53,045 nt of DNA, taken from NCBI GenBank assembly GCA_903820735.1, contig CAIJIZ010000216.1, positions 1-53,045 of the forward strand, read 5' to 3'. The translations under genes and the position numbers were made by a program. The number at the start of each line of letters is the position of its first letter. Position 1 is the first letter of the stretch. Shown here in pieces: positions 38,572 to 46,512 of this stretch. Source of the stretch: an uncultured Pirellula sp. (lineage in GTDB: Bacteria > Planctomycetota > Planctomycetia > Pirellulales > Pirellulaceae). The notes beneath the pieces are model-generated. The model saw only the letters and a list, made by a program, of their open reading frames with translations, ran no database searches and was not told the origin of the DNA.

Positions 38572-39509
38572 CAGCGAATCGTTCCTTTGGAGATCGGGTT
38601 ACCTGCAACCGATGGCCGGAAGTATTCAGCATCTGTCACCGTTTTAAGAGTTCCCGCCAAGACTTCCCAATCGCGAATACGCTCGTGATCTTGTCGATTG
38701 AGCGAATTCTGAACGATCAACCGAGCTACCACAGGTTTGACAACTGCTTGCTTGTTTTCGACAGACTTACGATCGCTGAGTCTGGGGTCGCTGAGTCTCG
38801 GGTCGCTCAACCGAATTTCGGATGGCAACTCTTGTTTTGCTCTTAGGTGTTCGTTCAACTGCATACGGAGCAAAGGTGGCTTGTAAGGAGGATAGACCGC
38901 ATGCAATCGAACCGACCAGTCAGCGAATTCGGCGTAGTCACTTGCCATGCTTGGAGCAAACGGCACAACAGTTCGAAATTGGTAACTCGCCCTCTGACAT
39001 CTTAAAGTCAGGGTGCCATCTTCACTCATTACTGCCGGTCCGGGACTGGTCCACATCGAGACTTGCTCTTGTGTCATCTGCTCGCGAAGCTCCTCAAGCC
39101 GTGACTTGAGTTCCCCTAGCTTTATCTTGCATTTTCGTTGGGCCTTCAGATCCGCAACTTGAATCGATTGGTCTTGATAGTCCACGATCAACAAGCGTTG
39201 GTTCGTATCATCCCACTCGATGACTCGGTTCTCTAGGAACACCGTTTGCGTCGTGTTGATCGGAGGCTTCGATTCGTCTAGATAGATGTCGGTATCGATC
39301 CGAAAAGCGTTTTCCGTCGCATTGATCGCAGTTCCGGTTCCCAGAGTAGGGCTCCCTATCGGTTTCGGACCTTGTGCCATAGTTACGGCTAGCGGCATTG
39401 CGCCGAAGTTCGCCAACAAAAGGGCAATGAAATAAACGAGCGACTTTATGTGACTCGCAGGGCAAGGACATAGGACATGGGCCGCGTACGGGAACTTGTA
39501 AAAGTTCAT
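38571..39509 (-). CDS. Hypothetical exported protein
   Basis: 312-aa ORF with an N-terminal hydrophobic signal. Its stop overlaps the next start. Confidence 0.75.
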   Translation of the reverse strand: MNFYKFPYAAHVLCPCPASHIKSLVYFIALLLANFGAMPLAVTMAQGPKPIGSPTLGTGTAINATENAFRIDTDIYLDESKPPINTTQTVFLENRVIEWDDTNQRLLIVDYQDQSIQVADLKAQRKCKIKLGELKSRLEELREQMTQEQVSMWTSPGPAVMSEDGTLTLRCQRASYQFRTVVPFAPSMASDYAEFADWSVRLHAVYPPYKPPLLRMQLNEHLRAKQELPSEIRLSDPRLSDPRLSDRKSVENKQAVVKPVVARLIVQNSLNRQDHERIRDWEVLAGTLKTVTDAEYFRPSVAGNPISKGTIR

Positions 39510-39583
39510 GGGTTAGTCAACCAGGGAGACGATGAAAGGTTCAAAAGCATGACTAGGTTTTGCAATCCGCTGCACGGACTATC

Positions 39584-40255
39584 TCAGATTGCAGTCGCAT
39601 CCAAAACAGCTTCTTCCACCGGATCCCACTTGTAAAACATTCGAGCGGCTTTCCAAGCCAACAGACCCAAGTAATGCCCCTGGAATTGAGCTTCCGAGCA
39701 ATCGGTGATCGGCTTACCCATTCCCGGATGAATGAATCCGCTTAAGTCCTTGTTGAAGACAGGTCTGTTCCCTTGTTCGGGATCGTAAACAGCCAGCTTG
39801 CAATCGCAATTTCCTTGATACAAGGTCGGGCCGTCCTTGAGTTTCAAATTACTGATGTCGATTGCGATCACATAGTCCACTTCTAACTGTCGACCGATGT
39901 CAGCATAGTTTCGCCCTTCGAGCGGCTGGTCGTGAAAAGCTCGATTGGCATCCTCTTGAGAAGCGAAAGTGATTTTCTTCTTCAGGTTGTTCGTGAGGAA
40001 GTTCTTGAAATGTTGCGTCATCACGATCGCCGACGCATCACTCGTCGAACTCCCTTCGGATGTCGTAATCACCGCAATGCGTTTGTTTTTCAAGTCGTCG
40101 AACTCAGCGGGAGTCCTCGGATCGTGAAGCAATACGACCAAGGACTTGATCAGATTGGTACAACCTGTCGACGCGATCAGTCCAGGAAGGAGCGCGAGGG
40201 CAACAATGTACGGAACAACACTGCGACCACGCGGTCGCTCAGAGGTGGTAAGCAT
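39584..40255 (-). CDS. Hypothetical lipoprotein
   Basis: Hydrophobic leader ending in ASTGC. RBS-like AAGGAGTG upstream. Confidence 0.75.
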   Translation of the reverse strand: MLTTSERPRGRSVVPYIVALALLPGLIASTGCTNLIKSLVVLLHDPRTPAEFDDLKNKRIAVITTSEGSSTSDASAIVMTQHFKNFLTNNLKKKITFASQEDANRAFHDQPLEGRNYADIGRQLEVDYVIAIDISNLKLKDGPTLYQGNCDCKLAVYDPEQGNRPVFNKDLSGFIHPGMGKPITDCSEAQFQGHYLGLLAWKAARMFYKWDPVEEAVLDATAI

Positions 40256-40392
40256 CCTTGACTCACTCCTTGAAATCCAATCCTTGGACTACCGGAACAC
40301 CCCGATACTCCTCGATCTCGAATTGGCTTATAGCGATTCCTCAGACTCGATGCCAGATCGAATTCCCATCGCAAATTCACTGAGGAGCAGTT

Positions 40393-41409
40393 CTAACCAA
40401 CCGAAACACTCTCCAAGTAAGTCCGAAACACCGGCTCGTCGATATTGCGGCCACTGAGGACTAAAACAATATCCCCATCCCCCTGCAAGTCGATTTCACC
40501 GCTCAAAATCGCAGCCGTGGTTATCGCGCCCGATGGCTCCGTCCGCAATCCATGATTTTGGTATAGCCAAGCCATGGCTCGCTTCGTCGATTCATCGCTA
40601 CAGATCACCGCAGATGGGACTAAACGCTGAAGAATCGGCCAGTTGTGCTGCCCGACATCATAGGAAAGTAACCCATCGCAAATACTCGTCGGCTTGGGTA
40701 AGCGAACCCGCTCGCCAAGAGCAAGGGATTGTCGGAAATCGTCAGCACCCTCCGGCTCGACCCCAATAATCTTCGCCCCCGAAAACCCATGGGAGATTCC
40801 CAACGCATGACCCGCCATCAAGCCACCTCCACTGACCGAACAGAAGAAATGCGACAGATCTCGTCCCATAGCCCGTAACTCATCGACGATTTCCAATCCC
40901 CCAACACCATTCCCCGCAATCACATGCGGGTCGTCGTAGGGGGACGCTTGCAATGCATTCTCTTGCTCGGAGATTTCTTTCGTCAAGCGATCTCGCGTGC
41001 CGGTTAAATGGTCGGTCGTGATATCGTAGGTGCGGACTTGTGCGCCGAATCGACGGGTGTTCTCGAACTTGATCTTCGGTGCGGACTCCGGCATGACAAT
41101 GATCACTCGCGAACCATACCGATAGCCGGCAAAGGATAACCCCGAAGCAAAATTGCCAGAAGAATGGGCCGCAACCGGACGGCCATCGAGATGGGGGAAG
41201 TGCTGGCTCATCCAATAAAGTGCTCCCATCAACTTGAATGAACCCACCGGCGTCCATCCATAGTCTTTAATCCACACCCGACGATCGCCTCCAAGCTGCA
41301 GTTGGCGTTCCAACGCATAAGAGCGAATCAGCGGGGCAGGGGAGATGTGTTGTCGTAAGACTTCACGCGCTCGATAAAGATCGTCGATCGATACGGACTC
41401 TGGTTGCAT
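40393..41409 (-). CDS. PLP-dependent threonine/serine dehydratase family enzyme (no regulatory domain)
   Basis: Motifs GSFKLMGA, SSGNFA, SGGGLM, GVEP, EPSGA and LSGRN. Confidence 0.9.
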   Translation of the reverse strand: MQPESVSIDDLYRAREVLRQHISPAPLIRSYALERQLQLGGDRRVWIKDYGWTPVGSFKLMGALYWMSQHFPHLDGRPVAAHSSGNFASGLSFAGYRYGSRVIIVMPESAPKIKFENTRRFGAQVRTYDITTDHLTGTRDRLTKEISEQENALQASPYDDPHVIAGNGVGGLEIVDELRAMGRDLSHFFCSVSGGGLMAGHALGISHGFSGAKIIGVEPEGADDFRQSLALGERVRLPKPTSICDGLLSYDVGQHNWPILQRLVPSAVICSDESTKRAMAWLYQNHGLRTEPSGAITTAAILSGEIDLQGDGDIVLVLSGRNIDEPVFRTYLESVSVG

Positions 41410-41416
41410 TGTTTTT

Positions 41417-42562
41417 CTAAGGAGCAATAAAAAGGTTTTGAATTGATTCAAGCGGAACGCAACGGCGAAGGATTTGCTCGACGAACTCCGGACGTTTTAC
41501 CGAGTCAGGACGCGAGCCGCGCGAATTCGCGGAATCTTTTTCTGACTTTTCCTCCGGTCGAAACATCGGATGTATCCTCGATACCAACCCAACCAATTCT
41601 CCATCGGTATTGAATACCCCCGAACCGCTAGATCCACCAGAAAACTCGGCGGTTATCTCCATCCAAGTTGTCCGATCACCTGTCATCGTCGGCTTGACAA
41701 ACCGACTTACTAACCCGGTGGTCACAACAAAGAACTCGTTGTGAGGATGACTCATGACGATCACTTCAGAAAGCTGACTAGGCCGCGTCTTGGATAATGG
41801 TACCGGTTCGAATTTTGTCGTGCTTGCAAGACGAATCAAAGCCACATCTGCACTCTCGGATGCCGCAAGAACCTCCGCAATGGCAAAACACTGTCCCAAA
41901 TGATTCATTGCGATCATTCCCTTGATCTTCCCATCTCCTTTGCCCTCTAGAACATGGTAGTTGGTCAACACCAATCCATCTTCATGGATGAGAACCCCTC
42001 CTGCGATGTTACCGTGCAAGTTACTGCACCGACCGCAATCGTAAAGATTTCCGACCATCACCGAAGCACGCTTGAGCCGCTCGTGAATCTCTCCGCTAGG
42101 AATCGGTTCAACCGCCGGTAATTCGATCGCTTTGCTCGCAGGCGCTTTACCAATGATTGCATTCATCTCCTCCGCATCGAGAATCCTCTCGTCTTCGATC
42201 AGACGACGCCCTCGCATCACGAAGGTGTTGTATATGCGGCGATTATCGATGATCCCCGAACACAAATCGTCAATCGGTTCGTTGCGTTCAAGCAGCAGAT
42301 CGCCCTTGAGAGGATCGTCCTTCGGTTGCGTTTCCTCTCTCGCTTCCTCCTGGGTTTCTTCCTGCGCGGCTGCGGGAGTGTCCTGCCCCTTCGCGAGTTG
42401 CCAAATTTCAAACTGCCCCATCGAGACTACGCTCAAAAGGAATGCTAGGCTAAATGGTCCGCACCGAAACCCGCTGGTACATGTGGGCTTGATGTTTGCC
42501 AAGAAACTTGCGTTTGCCAAGAACCCGTTATTTCTAAATGACAAAGTGTTTTTCAACATCAT
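41417..42562 (-). CDS. Trypsin-like (S1) serine protease, exported
   Basis: Catalytic triad motifs LTNYHV, DVAL and GGSSGSGVF. No PDZ domain. Confidence 0.88.
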   Translation of the reverse strand: MMLKNTLSFRNNGFLANASFLANIKPTCTSGFRCGPFSLAFLLSVVSMGQFEIWQLAKGQDTPAAAQEETQEEAREETQPKDDPLKGDLLLERNEPIDDLCSGIIDNRRIYNTFVMRGRRLIEDERILDAEEMNAIIGKAPASKAIELPAVEPIPSGEIHERLKRASVMVGNLYDCGRCSNLHGNIAGGVLIHEDGLVLTNYHVLEGKGDGKIKGMIAMNHLGQCFAIAEVLAASESADVALIRLASTTKFEPVPLSKTRPSQLSEVIVMSHPHNEFFVVTTGLVSRFVKPTMTGDRTTWMEITAEFSGGSSGSGVFNTDGELVGLVSRIHPMFRPEEKSEKDSANSRGSRPDSVKRPEFVEQILRRCVPLESIQNLFIAP

Positions 42563-42817
42563 CTTGCAGATCCCTGTAGCGTCTTACGAATAGCAATGGC
42601 GTCGCACCAAAGGCACACGCGAGGACTCGCAGGGAAGGTGGTGCGTCATGAACTATTCGACATGTTCGCCCGATGTTGCAGCTCAAACCCGGGTGAGGAA
42701 ATGCGACTGTCGAAATACTTACCGCTGCTCCCCTGCTAGTTTACAGCGGGAGCGACGCGATCAAGAGACTCAAATGCAACGAGGGAAGAAAGTTACCTGT
42801 TTTTTCTCACCTGCGAA

Positions 42818-43186
42818 TCACTCGAAGGTGATTCCGCGTTTTTCCGCCAACAGTCGCATGACATACTCAAAGTAAGGAAAAGGTATGTTCGGCTTACGCT
42901 TCTTGGCCCATACATACACGACGTTGACCATCGCTCGGGATAACTCTCCAGCTTCAACCTTCGCCACGACTTGATCCACAAACAACTGCTGCTCGGTGAA
43001 AGCCACCCGCAGTCCATAATTGAGCTGATCCTTCAATTCGACGGTATTGAGAGAAAGCATCTGCTCGGCTTCGTTGTAGCCGTAATTGTCTTGAGGAACC
43101 GCCACGGGAACTCCAAGAATGCTCCAGGCGAGGCCCGTCCCTGCAATCCAACGAGCGATCCACTGCGTTTTCTTCGACTTGACCAT
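42818..43186 (-). CDS. Small hypothetical exported protein
   Basis: Signal-like N-terminus and LKDQLNYGLR...PFPYFE. Purine-rich RBS upstream. Confidence 0.7.
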   Translation of the reverse strand: MVKSKKTQWIARWIAGTGLAWSILGVPVAVPQDNYGYNEAEQMLSLNTVELKDQLNYGLRVAFTEQQLFVDQVVAKVEAGELSRAMVNVVYVWAKKRKPNIPFPYFEYVMRLLAEKRGITFE

Positions 43187-43341
43187 GATTTACTATCCCT
43201 TCCTATCCCTATCCTCGGCTAAACTTGATTCACAACGTTGCTTTATCCGCTAAGCTTTATCACTGGCTAGACTTTCCGCTAAGCGAAGTAGTAGGAAATC
43301 TAGGTGTTGCGAATCAAGTAAAACTATGGGGACTAGAGAAT

Positions 43342-43857
43342 TTGGGCGAAATCAATCCCTATGATTTGCCATGGCCCGAATCAGGGCGACTGGCCGGCGT
43401 AGATTACGGAACAGTTCGGATCGGTGTGTCGATCTGCGACCCGAGTCGCACTTGGACCGGTCCGCTGGAAACCTTCCAACGCTGCCCAGACCCCATCGAA
43501 CAACGGCACTTTCGTAAACTAGTCCAAGAAAACCAAATCGGCGGTTGGGTCGTCGGACTACCCATCCACTGCGACGGTAAGGATAGTGCGAAAGCTCGTG
43601 AAGCGAGAGAATTCGCCAAGTGGTTGATCACCATTACCGCTCGTCCAGTGCGATTCGTTGACGAACGATTCAGCACCGCCCTGGCTAACCGCTTGCTACG
43701 CGAACTAGACCTGACCCACAAAAAACGAAAAAAACAACTCGATAAAGTCGCTGCTCACATCATCCTCGATGCATATCTGGAGTCTTCCAAGCATCCAGGA
43801 TTTAACCCCATCACCCTGGAGAATATCGATGATGCTCAGATCTCAATCGACGGCTAA
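43342..43857 (+). CDS. ruvX: Holliday junction resolvase-like / pre-16S rRNA nuclease YqgF
   Basis: Motifs GVDYGTVRIG, VVGLP, VDERFST and DKVAAHIIL. The TTG start at 43342 is inferred. Confidence 0.9.
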   Translation: MGEINPYDLPWPESGRLAGVDYGTVRIGVSICDPSRTWTGPLETFQRCPDPIEQRHFRKLVQENQIGGWVVGLPIHCDGKDSAKAREAREFAKWLITITARPVRFVDERFSTALANRLLRELDLTHKKRKKQLDKVAAHIILDAYLESSKHPGFNPITLENIDDAQISIDG

Positions 43858-44725
43858 TGCATCAAATACGCCTACCGACAACGCGTCCCACCAAACCCAC
43901 GGACGCTCAACTCATACCCTGCGTCACTCCTTGGTCAGCCCAGCGACTGGCTTCCCGTTTTTGCTGCTGGCAATGTCGCTCACAGCAATGTCGCTCACAG
44001 CGCCGTTGATCTTGGGGGTTTTACTAGCGGCGGGCAGCAACAGCATCGCTCAAGCCCAAGAAAAACCGGATGCTCCTGTCCCTGAGCCCTTGACGAAATA
44101 CCTCGGTCGCCGAATCGCTCTTCCTATGAGCTATCACGGTATCCCATGGCTCAACCGGCCCGAACGGATCCAAGAAGAGAACCCGGAAGAGATGCTCGAA
44201 CAACTCAAAGTGCAACCCGGCATGACGGTCTGCGATATGGGCTGCGGCGATGGCTACTACACCATCGAACTCGCCCGCCGTGTCGGGCCAACGGGTAAAG
44301 TTATCGCTGTCGATATCCAACCCGAAATGCTTCAAGAACTCTCCCGTCGATGCGAGCAAAATAATCTCAAAAACGTCGATATGATCCTCGGTCTACCCCA
44401 CGACCCGAAACTCCCCGAAGGTAAGCTCGATCTGATCCTGATGGTCGATGTCTACCACGAATTCTCAAACCCGATCGAAATGCTTGAGTCCATGCGAAAC
44501 AGCCTCAAAAAAGACGGACGAATCGCTTTGGTCGAATTTCGAGGCGAGGACCCCCAAGTCCCCATCAAACCCGAACATAAAATGACCAAGAAGCAAATCC
44601 TCAAAGAGTACGAAGCAAACGCATTCCGCTTGGTCGATCAATACGATCGACTTCCCTGGCAACACCTGATGTTCCTCGGCCCAGACGATACCAAGAGAAA
44701 CGAAACCAACGATAAAAATAAATAA
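43832..44725 (+). CDS. Class I SAM-dependent methyltransferase with signal-like N-terminus
   Basis: Motifs VCDMGCGDG, AVDIQPEM and MVDVYHE. Start uncertain. Confidence 0.87.
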   Translation: MLRSQSTANASNTPTDNASHQTHGRSTHTLRHSLVSPATGFPFLLLAMSLTAMSLTAPLILGVLLAAGSNSIAQAQEKPDAPVPEPLTKYLGRRIALPMSYHGIPWLNRPERIQEENPEEMLEQLKVQPGMTVCDMGCGDGYYTIELARRVGPTGKVIAVDIQPEMLQELSRRCEQNNLKNVDMILGLPHDPKLPEGKLDLILMVDVYHEFSNPIEMLESMRNSLKKDGRIALVEFRGEDPQVPIKPEHKMTKKQILKEYEANAFRLVDQYDRLPWQHLMFLGPDDTKRNETNDKNK

Positions 44726-44728
44726 ATC

Positions 44729-45304
44729 ATGCTACACCTCCAAAGCGAATCACAGTTGCGCTGGCTACGTCAAGTCGATGCATCGCTCGATGAAATCTTG
44801 ATCGACCACGCGCATTGCGAACACAAAGCCGCAGCTACAGCCATGAACCTCTTCGGGGCCTATGTCGATCGCGAAGAACTTACTCGTGAAATGACTCTCA
44901 TCATCGCCGAAGAACTCGAACACTTCCAAATGGTGCTCGATCTGCTGAAACGTCGCGGCATCGCGTTTCGCAGAATTCGACCCGGCACTTACGGGCGAAA
45001 ACTTAATTTGCTGGTCCGCCAAAACGAACCGCAACGCGCAATCGATCGCTTGCTGATCGCCGGATTGATCGAAGCGAGATCCTGCGAAAGATTCAAACTG
45101 CTTCGGGATCACGTCCAAGACCCTGAACTTGCCGATTTCTACGGTTCTCTCTTCGAATCCGAAGCCCGACACCATTCGACCTACGTACGACTCGCTCGCC
45201 AATTCGCCACTGCCGACGAAGTCCGACTGCGTCTTGATGAATTATCCAAGGCCGAAGCGGAAATAATCGACGAAGGCCACTCGCTCCCTCGAATGCACAG
45301 TTAA
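44729..45304 (+). CDS. miaE: tRNA-(ms2io6A) hydroxylase
   Basis: Diiron motifs DHAHCEHKAA, EELEHF, IEARSCERF and SEARH. Confidence 0.93.
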   Translation: MLHLQSESQLRWLRQVDASLDEILIDHAHCEHKAAATAMNLFGAYVDREELTREMTLIIAEELEHFQMVLDLLKRRGIAFRRIRPGTYGRKLNLLVRQNEPQRAIDRLLIAGLIEARSCERFKLLRDHVQDPELADFYGSLFESEARHHSTYVRLARQFATADEVRLRLDELSKAEAEIIDEGHSLPRMHS

Positions 45305-45450
45305 TCGACGGTTTACGCCGCTTACTCAGTTCTCTCTAGTCACCGGACAAATGCCAGCTAGTAGTTACCAGTCAGTAGCTACTAACTATTAGCTGGTGAA
45401 AAACAATTCAGGTGGTCGTTAATTCGCCCACCATGTGTCGAGGAGACAAC

Positions 45451-46497
45451 ATGGGCCGATTTGGATTCGTAACACTTGGAGCAAACGTTCCATCCACCCG
45501 CTTTCGCTTCGACCCTTTTGCGCAAATGCTCCGCGACCGCGGACACGCTTGCAAGTACTGGCCAAGTTTCCCCGCCGTCTACGATCACTTCCCCAGACTA
45601 GGTTGGCGACTGAGCTACCAAATCAAACGCGCAAATCGCCTTTGTCAGTACGCCCAAGCGAGATTGTTTCGGCCCAACACAATCTACCTCGAACGTGGCT
45701 GCTTCCACGATGAGAGCCTCTGGCTCGATCGCTGGTTCCGAAAACTCGCTCCCAGATTCGTCCTCGATGTCGATGATGCAATCTTTCTTCAATTCCCACA
45801 AAAAATCGAAGAGCTCATCGCGTGGAGCGATCATGTGGTGGTTAGCAACCCACCCCTCGCCCAATACGTCTCCCAATTCCACAACCGTATCACCGAAATA
45901 CCTACCTGCGTTTTACTTGAAAAATTCCCTCTTCGTCCAAACGCATTCTCGCTCAACCGCGAATCCCAATCGCCAGTGATCGGTTGGATGGGAACCCCAT
46001 CAAACCTGCCGTTCCTCGCCCTGTGCGCTCCCGCATTAAGGCGCCTCGCCAAAGAAACTCGGTTCCGATTCGTGGTCATCTCTAATGATGAACAACCCCT
46101 TCGCGCTATCGATTGGACCGGTGTCGATGTCGCTTTCGAAAAATGGAACAAAGCGACGGAAGTCTCCCGGCTTCATCAAATGGACATCGGACTGATGCCC
46201 CTACCAAGCGATCAAGAATGGATGCGTTATAAAGCCGCTACCAAGCTTGTGCAGTACATGGCCATTGGAATCCCCGCTGTGGCTAGCCCCATCGGCGTCA
46301 ATGCAGATATCCTCAAGGGAGATCAAGTCGGCTTTGCCGCTCGAATCGACGACGATTGGTTCGAAGCGCTGAGAACCCTTATCGACTCCCCCGAACTGCG
46401 TGTCGCCATGGGACAACGCGGCCGCGCTCTTGTCGAAGCAAAGTATTGCGCCGAAGCGAACATTGGGAAGCTTGAACAAGTCCTACTGGGTAACTGA
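45451..46497 (+). CDS. Glycosyltransferase family 4
   Basis: Motifs PSTRFR, DVDDAIF, IGWMGT and DIGLMPL...K..QYMAIGIPAVASPIG. GAGGAG RBS before ATG 45451. Confidence 0.9.
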   Translation: MGRFGFVTLGANVPSTRFRFDPFAQMLRDRGHACKYWPSFPAVYDHFPRLGWRLSYQIKRANRLCQYAQARLFRPNTIYLERGCFHDESLWLDRWFRKLAPRFVLDVDDAIFLQFPQKIEELIAWSDHVVVSNPPLAQYVSQFHNRITEIPTCVLLEKFPLRPNAFSLNRESQSPVIGWMGTPSNLPFLALCAPALRRLAKETRFRFVVISNDEQPLRAIDWTGVDVAFEKWNKATEVSRLHQMDIGLMPLPSDQEWMRYKAATKLVQYMAIGIPAVASPIGVNADILKGDQVGFAARIDDDWFEALRTLIDSPELRVAMGQRGRALVEAKYCAEANIGKLEQVLLGN

Positions 46498-46512
46498 CCG
46501 AATCACCTTCGA

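Noticed and set aside
42563-42817. Intergenic region with a GC hairpin (about 42727-42753) as a possible ncRNA or riboswitch
   Set aside because: No recognisable family motif. An Rfam/Infernal search would be needed.
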